Below, piece after piece: positions 52,538 to 64,000 of a stretch of DNA of 64,000 nucleotides. The notes under the pieces were generated by a model. The model had not been told where the DNA came from. It saw nothing but the letters and a program-made list of their open reading frames with translations, and did not search any database. The stretch comes from Ophelia neglecta (lineage: Eukaryota). Every line of letters starts with the position of its first letter. Position 1 is the stretch's first letter. The stretch spans positions 45,756,001 to 45,820,000 of the forward strand of contig OZ260661.1 in NCBI GenBank assembly GCA_965285935.1, written 5' to 3'. Position numbers and translations under genes: made by a program.

Positions 52538-55500
52538 TGTCCCTGGGATTAGTTTACAATTTCTAGGGTAACTTGGACTTATTCTGGTCGGTGGACAAAG
52601 CGACATGTACGTTCTCCGTTTAAAGGGCACTTGTCAGTTGTAACTAAAACCCACTTCTAACAAAGTCTAAGAACTTTGGTGACACTAAACCATGTACGTC
52701 ACGCGGAGCTTCTGTGTGAACAATTATGAAATACTCTTATAGGGACTTCGTGCACCTGCTGATTAGTGTGAATGTCGGATTCCACTTACCTCTTATTAAG
52801 GCAGCGTTGATTACAAGACTTAATTTTTAATGAATTATACCGTTTTCGAATGGTTCTCATATGTGACACGGGTTTAAGAATTATATCGCGCAACGGTGCC
52901 GTAACGTTCGTTATCTGCTTATTACATCGTTACGCGTTTATACGCTTTTGTGTATAGGCTTATCTGGGGTAAGTAGAACTGTATTACTATTTGTAAAAAA
53001 GGAAGACAATACTGAACATATGCTTAAGCTATATATTATATGCTCATTCCCCGTTTCCAGCCACCCCCTCACGCCCCCCACACCCACCTACTCAAATGAA
53101 AAATGACACTAGCTTTGACGCTTATAAACTACAAGAGCTCTTTGATACTGTCCTTCCTGGGAATAAATTATTAATTATAAATAAAGGTTGATACGCTAAA
53201 GACAAATTTCTACGTTATAGGTTCGGTTTTACAAGAAAAAAAATTTAAAAGAAGATTTTTCGGATGAGTTTCGAATCTTTATTTTTCACTTTCAAAGGCA
53301 TGGAATATGCAAATCCCCCCTCCCCCACCCCATTCCGAATTCACGAAAAAATGTAATTTTTAGACTGACAGCGATCCGCGAAATTCCAAAAAAGCTGTTT
53401 TCAGGATGGAATTCGCGCATTTGCACAAAAAAGGTTGTTTGGGTGACCGAGGTGATGTCAAGAAGTCCAAGCAGTCGGTATGAGCTAGGCTGCATGGCGC
53501 TCTGTTCAGACTGCGGCGCTACTCGTAAATAGCAGCTCCGTTTGCATCAAGGGCATCAAACTTGAAACTTTTAAAATGGCGTTATTTACAGCTTTTGAAA
53601 TCGATAAATCAGGGGTGTTTTTGAACACCAGATTTTTGGCGTTTCCACGCAAAACAGAGGTTGAAATCCCAAAAAATGCTTGAAATATGGGAGGAGGGGG
53701 GGGGGGGATCAATTTACTTGATATAATTACATGTTGCTATTTTGCCGTCGGGAAAACATCAGGAAATTCATTTCTGAGGAGACTAAACTGTATGACGGAC
53801 ATATTGACAATCCCCTTAAATAGGTGGGGTGCGGGCGTTTCTAAACGTCCTTTCGGCTGATTCGCTCGACAATGAAGCTGATGAAAATTGATGCCTTTGC
53901 CAGGCCCATTCACTATGTTTTGTTAGTTCACACAGACCCAGTCGTGTTTTAATCATTCATTTTGACAGATAATAGAGCTGAATAAACATGTAAGCTAACG
54001 CTCGGCTAATGGATAGGAACATGTGATAAATGATCGGGCCCATTTGCGTTAGGGGTCGTCACCTTCTCGTGAGCGTAAGGGTGTTGCCTCGCTCAGGAAT
54101 AGCCTTTTAATAAATACATCGCAGTCAGACAGTTTTCCCTGTAGTCTCCAGGACTCAAAATATCGGGTTTAATAAAACCCTGGGGAGTAAATATACCAGC
54201 ATGCGTTTTAAGATTTTGATACTGGACATCTAATTTACATGTACTATAATTTCTAGATCGTCTGACCTGAAATAGACCCTGTGTATAGGATTATTTGGTT
54301 CCCCGCCTGTAAAGCCCCCCGGACTCAAAACCCCAGGGTAATAATATTGTACCAGTGTTATGGGACGGGCGGACGTTATAGAAAAAAAACCTTAAATAAC
54401 TTAGCCATATTTATAGACAAAGCCTTAAAAATTCATAGCAATCAGTGATGTCAGTTTATGTCAGTTTATTATAATGTTTATGGTTATTTTATGTACTAAC
54501 AGTATTTTATGTACTAACGGTAGACTTTGTATTACTCTCCCGATCTCATATAGGTAAATATCGGTGTATATTCAATGTACAAGCTTGTACTAGTTTCATT
54601 GATTGAATAAACTTATCAATATAAAACAAGATTTCGAGACCGTATCCCAAATATACTAACATTTTTAAACATCGGCGTAGGGTTTCCCGAGGTTTGGGTT
54701 AGGAAATGTAGAATGGGGCGACTTTCCACTCAGGGGACTCCAAACACGTTTACACCTATCTATAAGCCTATATAGGCATGTATCAAGACCGGGAAAGGGC
54801 AAGTATTAATCCGAGGATTACAGGTAGCTTTCAGTCAGGAGATTTCTATTATTTTTATTCTACACGGTAGAAGTTAAAATGTAATCATCATTGAATTATA
54901 AGTATTGAGTATTAACCAATTTGAAATCGTGCAGCTTGAGCACTTTATGCAGTTTTCCTTTCTTGTGCTATTCCGGACCAATAACGATTTTATCACCCAA
55001 ATGCCATACAAGATTTGGAATGGTCTTTACACAACAATAATACCGTGAATTTTTTGCACAAATATATTTCCCTTGATAGTCGCAAGCTCTTAAGCCATCA
55101 TGCAGCTAGACAGAAACTTTTAGCGAAGGGCTGTCATCTGTGAAAACCTCAAGATCTGGAACGAAGAGGGCGTAAATAAGCATTAGCCAACCCGACGCAC
55201 AAGTAGTACAGTGTTTAAAATTGATGTCAATTGGATAAATAGATTATCCATTGGCTTTCATATCCACTTCGCGAGTTTTGTCCTATTTGGAGAGCGGTCC
55301 TTTGTCCGCGTCAAGCGGCATAATCATATTTTCTTCACTTGGAATCAATTTGTTAATGCAAGTGTCCAATCAATGGTCTAATGGGAATTACGTGTTAAAT
55401 ATTTGAACTGTTACTTTTATCGTTTTGACAGTGGATTCATGATAGATGAACTTTTCTTAAAGCGACCTTTTGACCTATATCATTGACTGTTGGACTTCTC

Positions 55501-57689
55501 CTGGACGGTTTAGCTGTCATATTAAACATTGAAGAGTAAACATGCACGGGCACTCGATGTTCCTGTGGGCGGAAGTGAATTACTCCATTTGTGTCAACAT
55601 GCAAATGTATCAATCACTAATTTGTTGACGGAAAATAATCGATATTAAACACTTTTGAATACTGGTATATATATTCAAAGTGCATCGACTGAGGTCAAAA
55701 CGCTTTTCGTGCATATATTGGCCTAACTTCTCAATGGAGGGAGTGTTTCTAATACCACCCGGGAACATCAAACTGGCATTGTCTAGGATTAAAAACTCCA
55801 TCAAATTGCTTTTAAACTGAATAAGTTCATCGCCTAGGTGAAATGTTCCACTTTCCATTCGACTTGTCTGTTCATGACACTTATGCATCTGGTCTAAACT
55901 ATTTAATTACTATACCGTGTAAAATAAGCGGTAGACACTTGTGTCACCCGCTCATTCAAATAGGGTTTGTCTGTATGTCGGTCATAAATGATACACCTCG
56001 GGCATTTCACACATCTAAGACACCTTATTTGTATTTCAAATAACCTCAGGTAATGCATAGCAATTTGGATGTAAATATTAATAAAATTGGCTTTATGACA
56101 TATCTATATATTCCAGTAAATTATATTGACAAAAGCCTAAAGCGTAACATTCATGTAATGCGTGCGTGCGTTTTTCTTCAAGGCCTATTAAACCTATAAT
56201 TTACACGTTTGATTGGCGATTTTTGTTTTGCTTGGATGAGATAATTTTTACATACATTTTTATTTATTTTTTTGATTAATCATTGATATATCGTCCCACG
56301 GGTGTTTTAAATTTATTTAGTAGGCAGTGAGAATTTTTGTTGTAATGAAATAAGATAATAAAAAAAGGAAGGCGTTACAGTAAATCCTCGCGTTACAACT
56401 CCACCGTTTGCTACGTGCACGTGTCGTTATGAAAACCGAGAGGCCTGCCAGTGAGGTAGTGCGGAGTGTGTGTGTGTTTGGGGGGGGGGGGGGGCTCAAT
56501 TATGAAAAGTCCCTTAAATAATTAGAGAAAATCCGGTATATAGTACTGGGCCAGCCTATCCAAAATGGTTGACTTGACAGGTCGGAAGTCCATTTCAGGC
56601 AGTAGGATTGATAGACGGTATTAGCTGTCCTCACATTATATTACGTGACAGCCACCCACATTAAGCCTATAAATGATCGCAGATATGTGTAATCCCCAGA
56701 AAAAATTAGTATCGTAAGCACGCTGTAATCAGTATAGGGTATTCACTTGGAGATTCCAATAATTCATTCTGGGGATCGACAGAATACCATGAAATCAATT
56801 TCAGGGCTTATCACCCCCGAACCAGGGGCTCAAATATAGAATACCAGGAAAAATGAGGTTTAAAGCCAGCCATATGCACATCTGTCTTATCCGTCCAGAG
56901 CAGGGCTGTATCATCCCGACTGCGACATGTAAGGCAGGGTGCGTCGCTAGTCAGATTATACAGCTGGTTTGGAAGCTAGTTAAAGGCTAGTAAAAGCTCC
57001 ATATTTGGAATAGTCATGCGATGCAAAGTCAAGTGTGTCTATAGGGCATCGAAGTGTCGGCCTGGGGTTAGATGGCATCCGAATCACCACATGTGTACTT
57101 CACTTTTTTTGTGGGGTTTAAAGTCGCTTTGGAACTTGTGACGTAAAACATAGATGTATGGTGAACAGGAAGTAAACAGAAAGCATTTCGTCGAATGTTT
57201 TCGAAGTATCGAGATAACTTTAAGTTGATTTTCTACTATCACGATGTTCAAGGTTGAGAGAAATTTTGCAACTTAAATGACCAGTGCTTTCCATATAAGC
57301 CAAAATACGTAATTTTCAATCTGGTTATTTTTGCATGGGCGTATTGTAGGCTACACCCAACGTGTCTATACATGTGTGCCCGGCCACAAAGCCGTTCCAG
57401 CTGGACGAATATCTCGCTAATAGCTATCTTATTCATGCCGTGGCACATAGATGATTATAGATTTGATCCCATCGAATTAATCTGCTGCCCTCGCCATTTT
57501 CCTGGATTTTACCGAAGTCACCGAGGTACAATAATTGGCGAATCTTCATATTTATGACAACCTTTGTCTCTGTCCTCCCAAGCAATGTATAATACCCAGA
57601 TGTCCATGTACTAAGCACATGATTGAAAAACCAATGAACGATTAACAAATTAAATCATATGATTTTAACTTCCAATACTAAGGTCTACT

Positions 57690-57850
57690 AATATATCTGA
57701 GATACTTTTGAAGGGAAAAGTAATGATGGTTTGTTGGTATATTTATGTAACATTATTATTACAATTATAAGCATCTGGCATGTCCAATACAGTAAGAACA
57801 GAGGCCATAGGATGGAACATTGTGGCACACCACAATCAATATACGATCTA
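57690..57850 (-). mobile_element. Decayed non-LTR retrotransposon (CR1/L2-like) reverse transcriptase fragment
   Basis: IDCGVPQCSILWPLFLLY resembles the RT motif CGVPQGSILGPLLFLLY; downstream YTNKPSLLF is in the position of a decayed YADDTxL. Confidence 0.65.
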
Positions 57851-60800
57851 TGTTTGAAAGGGTAGCATGCAGTGACATAACCACACTGAAATGGACAATT
57901 GAAACCGATAACAGCAGTATCGATAATCATCACTACCCAAAGTCATATGACAATCAAGGCGTGCATATGGTACTCGATCTCGGATGCAGAGATGACTCAC
58001 TAACCAGTGTGTTAAACATCGATTACTGTCTATGCGTACTTAATCTATTAATTATGATACGTGTCCGAAAGTCTATGGTAGTAGGGAAGAGGAATCTAGT
58101 CCATTTATATATATTTGATGCCTGGGATTGCTTGCTCCTCCACCTGTTGACCTCTAAATATTAGTTGCTGCTGATATTATGTTGTCTTAAAATTGCACAG
58201 GAAGTCCGCATGTGCATCGGGTTGGGGGGGGGGGTGTATATGTATGTACTATTGAATTGAGGGGGGCATTGTTAATGATTTGGAATAATCCTTGTGCAGT
58301 AGGACCGCCATACTTCCAATGCAATGAATCGATACTTTAAAGAAAAAAGACAATTCAAAAGTAATGCCCACATAATCCACAGAGGGTACCAATATGTAGA
58401 ATAAATTCGATTGTCTTTGGACAACCGCTTTAGTTAAGATATTTAAATTGATGGTATATACGTCCACAACCAGTTTATCACCCAGTAGCCGTCTAATTTG
58501 CCTTTTTTGCACAATGGTGAACCCTGTGCATTCTTGCTTTTGGTTATGTATTCGCATCTAGCTGTTCCGAGGGACTCGTGGATCACTGTCCCTTTCTGCA
58601 GGCTTATGTGTGTAACAATGTGTGTTGATGCTGCGAACATTAAACTTGAGTATTTAATTACATATACTTCCAAATTTACAATTGTACATATAAGATTGTG
58701 CAATTCGTCATTGTCGCCTTGGTATCACATTTCCAGTGACAAAGTGCACGCCGTGTAGTGCACTATGAGCAACATAAAGTAAGCTGTGTTCGTCGTAACA
58801 TAGAACGTTTGATTTGATTGTATTTGACCAAGTCATACTGAACATAACTGAACGTTTCTCTAAGGAAATAATTTGTTGAATACTTTCAGACAGGCATCTA
58901 TTGGCTGCTTAAACTGATGGCTGGCTGACCTATATTGCCGCAGGGTCTCTCCCTCTTTCTACACTAACGAGACGCCAGTCGCAGTAATGTCATCTAATTA
59001 TGCTATGCCGAAGTCAATGGTAAGATATTGGCGTCTTATGGAAATTCGTGGTCACTTTGAATTTGGAAAGTTGTCCCCGATGTACAAAAGGAGTCTATGC
59101 ATATTTATTGTATTTGACTTGCAATTGTATGAATTAATATCGCCATGTGGCTAGTAACATGTGGAATTGGTATGTATCCTTTTGACATGTAGACTATATT
59201 GAGAATGGATCAAAGCGTTGGGACCAACGACCCGAGGCAATTGGAAACGTCAATGTTTTAAACCTCATTTTTGTATCAACCCTAACTTTAATTATTGGTA
59301 TATGTACAATATATATGCAAATTGTGCCTCGTACCAACGTAATAGCAATACTCTATCTGCCATACATTATTATCCAATACTAAAGGTCACTAATTCAATT
59401 ATACAAATGAGTAAACTATGATGTTTATTATCTTTTGACCATGTAGCCAGACGACATATAATGATACACCAATCGGAACAGTTTTCACATCGACGTTGTT
59501 AGGTACTAGACTCTGGCGGATATTCAGCTGGTGAAATGATGCTTTGAGTTGCTGCTTGTTGTTATGGATATTTTATTTGACAGCATAATGAATTATGAAT
59601 GAATGTTTTGTCTGATAACATACAACATCATACCGAAGAATAATAATAATTCAAATAAGCATGTAAATGCTAGTTATAACCTAATTAAAAGTTTCAAATA
59701 TTGGTACATCAGGGGATACATGTACAGGAACAAGTATGATAATGAGACAAGGGAATTGACTTCGTAAAGATTAATGATAACAAGGAACATTGATCATGGG
59801 AATGGGGATGTGGGCATGAAAAAGGGAATGTACAACAAAATAAGGCAGCTCACATTCCATCTTAATGGAGTAAGAACGATACGATTTTGAGACTGAATCG
59901 TACTGTTACAAAATAATAATTTGCAAATCCCTTATCACGGGCTTGCATGTATGAATTTTTCAATTGATAAACAGAGCCTACAAAACCATTGTACATGCTT
60001 CTTCTTTTTATCTCGCTACAATTATTTTTTTCTTTTTGATGTACTTAGTATCCAACATCATTTGAGCCTATCCTTATTCCATTTTCCAAACTCATTTTTG
60101 CAGCCCCCTTTTCTGTGAAGCCTTATTAATTTTTTTAATCATGAAAGATATGTATCAATAAGGTTTTAAGTTTTCTTGACGACACAACATGCCACTCTGG
60201 TGTTCTACAGGACAACTTATCTAAGCGATAATGAGTGAAAACCATAGGGGTGTGGCTATTCTAACTTCGTAATAGGTATAAGATATTTTAATGCATAAAC
60301 CGTATGTGTAAAACTAGGTCTATTACACATACTCATGAATTAATTCCGAAAATGTCGGTAGCCACCCATTTTGCCCGTTGATACTTTAAAAGATATGTTG
60401 CCCCCTTCAAGTGGTAAACGCCAGTGACAGGGCAGAGTAACTAGCATCGTACTCTAGCCTTAATTGTAATTTGGTTATAAATGTTAATAGGCTTGTTCAG
60501 TATAATATGCCTAATTCAAATTAACGAAAGTATGACTCATAAAGGAGCAATAGATCATTTGTAATTGCCGATAATATGCGCAGTCCTTGCTGCTGCTAGC
60601 TTGTTGGCATTAAAAGGTTAAACCTTGAGGTTGATTACATGGATGAACCATGTGGCCTCGATCGTTGTTAATGGTAAACATTGACTTAATTAGTAGCCAT
60701 CCGTATCAGTCGTTAGTCGTTAGCACAGAGACACCATTTTGAATGTCCAAGTCTGCCTCTCCTAGGGCATCATTCAGCTTTGAAAGGGCATAAATATGTT

Positions 60801-63800
60801 TTCCGTATGATCTAAGCAGAAGACATATAGCCCTGTTGTCCAAGTTGTTGACTAATAAAGCGAGTTCCGCAGGTTGGGCCGGAAATTAATGCAGTCTTGA
60901 TGTAAACATTCCACCAGTATATCTTTGTATAACTCATATACTATCATATATATCCTATAAATCTAAAGACCACACCAAACTAGATGAGAGTCGTCCATGC
61001 AAATAGGATGACTCTGTTTTGCATTCTTCATGCTTCGGCTCAATTTAGCTTTGTGTGATATATTCAACGCCCCCTAGTGCTAGGGATCATTGTGAGTCTG
61101 TTACATACTGATAGAAATCGTATGTTGTAGATGCATTTAGTTTATCACAATAAAAGCGCGACCGGTTCACTGGACAGAGCTTACAGCATTTTTTGTAGAG
61201 TAAAGGGAATACTATACTTAACTTCCTCTCCAGACTGTAAAGAATTTCCGCTTTCCTGTGTTTTCTTCCAAGCAAACATTTTGTCCATCGTAGAATCTCC
61301 TAGGTCATATATTCTTTTGTACTACGCCCCGATGCACTGATGTGTTTAGTCAGTATTTATTATTTCATGCAAAATCTGATCCACAAGAACCCCATTCATG
61401 TTTATTTCAGAATGCATATTACAAAAATAACATAGCTTTATCATGCAGCAAAGCGCTCTATCTGATAAAAATAAGCTTCAGAATACAGGCAGTAACCTTC
61501 TTTGAATTAGCTCACTACTTTACCCATAACCATCTATGGCAACAAAAAAATCCGAAAAAAGCAATCCAACAAGTAACATTAATGCATAGACTAAATTTAA
61601 GATTCGTTTTCCTATTTTCTCCAGCTTTTTATGGAATTTCATCCCAGCCGTCTCAGATGATAGACCAGAACAATAAAATTAACTTGTGTAATGATTATAA
61701 GTTTTCCAGAATTAGGTCAGCACTATGTGACCATGAGTTAAGTTGTAACCATCATATAATTAATTAGTATTTAATACAGGAGAAGGCGATAAATCACATG
61801 GGCAGCAAAAGTCCATATTCCATACATGGTTCATGAAGACCATGCCTTGTTAGATGTTACTTGGAAGCATGCTGACAATTTCTCTCCGGTGTTTTGGCTT
61901 GAACCATGAAAACGTGTAAATACACCGAATAAAACTTTTCGATACATTATTGTCGAAACTCAGGCGCCAGACCCAAACAACCGAGAGCTTAAAGCATTGA
62001 TAAATACATCCATGACACTTCGTTCTAGAGTTAGCCCACATGGCAACAACTAATGTCTTAATTTAGTGCCAATACCTAATACTTCGGAAAAAGGGAGTGT
62101 ATAGGCTATATCACAGCAGACCAACCAAAGCCTGGAATCGGGAATGTCAAAAACGTACGTTAAATATAGATCTGTATAGAATACACTGGCAAAAACAAAT
62201 GCACAGGAGCCCATATTGGCAAAGCGTCACAATGAATTTACAAAATTCTCAAACATTCTTATGTATAGTAAAATATTTTGGACAACATTTAAATGACCTG
62301 CCCGACAATTCAGTTTCTATACTCGACTTCATTCCTCAAAGAGGGGCATTGTTTAATGCATGTCGGCATTAGAGAAAACATTGAGTAAAGAATGTCCAAA
62401 TTAACATTTAAATGAATTGCGACTCAGTTTGTTGAGAAGGCTGTAACTTGTCTATACTAAGCGTTTTGAGAATTTCATAAATAATCTCAGCCTGTTCACA
62501 TTAAAAGATGACACTGAGAGAGGCACATGTGTATAAACAAACCCTTGACCCTATATAGTTTAGAAATAAATAAGCGCACCAATATATATATATATACAAA
62601 CCTGCATTAATTTGACATAAATATAGATTAATTAAGCCGGTCTAAACTTTTAAGGTTGAAGACCTAATGAAAAAGTTGGTTTGTATATGCATCGTGGAAC
62701 ACTACAATCCTAACTCATATAAAAATAGGAATCAAATAATCAGATGACCTGGATAATGGCAGTCATGGCTATGATAGTCATAAATCAAGATCCGTGCCCC
62801 ATGGAAGCCACAAGGCGGGTACCGTGACATTTCATTAGTGCCAAATGGGAGATGGGTCAGTAAGCGGGCTTAATGGGAAAATCGAGGGGTCGCTTTTCAG
62901 CCGTCCCAGGCGACCTCGTTGACGGCAAGGGACTGCCCCGACTGTCAAAAGTTCCTACTGCGATCTGGCGTTATTAAAAGCCTTATTGATATTGGCTGAA
63001 TATTTTAAACGAATACAATCCAATCGGAATGACTTATTGAATGTACAACTAAATGTATGATAATTTCAAAGTAGTTTAGCAACCGATAACTCGTAACACT
63101 TGTAGGATCAGAGGGAAACAGGCTAACAAACTGGCACTATTTGCAATATTCTATGTTAGACTCGGGCATTTTATTTTCGCCTTATACTATGTTGAGTTTA
63201 TTTTTCATCATACAATATGTACGCCCTAGGCAGTTGTACATCAACTGTGTGGTCAAACACGATTCATCAAAATAACAGTTCATTCTGCCAGGGATAATAT
63301 CCTGCTCTTTCATCGTCTGGCACTTCAATGGCTATTTGAGGAAAGAGCAGGATTGAGGCCGGCTTCCCTTGCTTTCATGGCGCAGCCGGAGGCTTCTGAC
63401 AGGAAACAATATGAGAAACGTAAGGTCCATATTTCCTTTTACACTCTTTGATTAAATTAAAATGAGTTTGAATTTATCCATATTTACGCATGTTTGTAGT
63501 GAAGTATGTTTCCTGGTCACATGATTAGAATTGTCATGTATGACATTCACCGGAACTGGCTTTAAGCTTGTGGATTTGATTAATAAATGTTCTCCTTATG
63601 CGCTACCAAAAACTATTTTGGGGGGATTGGTGTGGGGGGTTGTATGTTGTCCTACCTCCCTCGTCCCATGACGTCTAATTTACTTGTTAACACTGATCGT
63701 ACGAACGCCTGTTTTTTTCGTAATTTCAGAAATCACTTATATAGAAAAAGGCCGCCCTACACATTATTAGTGAATACATCATATTGCTTCAAAACGACCA

Positions 63801-64000
63801 ATCTGCATCTTTGCATTTCTCCGGAGGGTCTTTAATATCTAAAAAAATCAGTTAGTTCGAGATTGAGCAGGTTTACCGGCAAAAGCATATCTGCATGGCT
63901 GATATAAGTTGGTCAGATTTCTTAATGATGAGATAACGTTACAGAGTTGGCCTCATATCTTGAGCTATCGGTCTTTCAGCACACAGAGATAAGTTCTATC

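Noticed and set aside
53300-53712. Possible DNA transposon bounded by C-rich and G-rich ends
   Set aside because: The inverted similarity is only low-complexity; no clear TIR or TSD.
61342-61767. 141-aa ORF and other 60-130 aa ORFs at 36-64 kb
   Set aside because: No motifs, mostly non-ATG starts, composition typical of random AT-rich DNA, no splice-consistent partners.

Overview
AT-rich, intron-containing eukaryotic DNA, most likely from a spiralian (lophotrochozoan) invertebrate judging by SINE type and gene family; no prokaryotic features. The one well-supported gene is a 14-coding-exon minus-strand gene (49987 -> 20594; 1911 nt CDS, 636 aa) reconstructed by hand, with every junction GT-AG and phase-consistent. 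It encodes a signal peptide, four Cys-rich domains in an A-B-A-B arrangement (DUF7044/7042/7043-type family as I recall it; possibly APCDD1-like), a Ser/Thr-rich stalk and a GPI-type C-terminus. A six-exon unit is internally duplicated with identical intron phases. The 21-kb first intron holds three collinear, diverged copies of a multi-block non-coding unit. The region ~7-15 kb holds decayed, intronless ORF remnants, including a convergent pair of apparently paralogous small ORFs, possibly an old virus-like or large-transposon insertion. Also present: two tRNA-derived SINEs, a hAT-type MITE just upstream of the promoter, a mariner-like MITE, LINE fragments, a 164-bp tandem duplication and a 24-bp minisatellite. 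Most ORF-track entries are non-coding noise.
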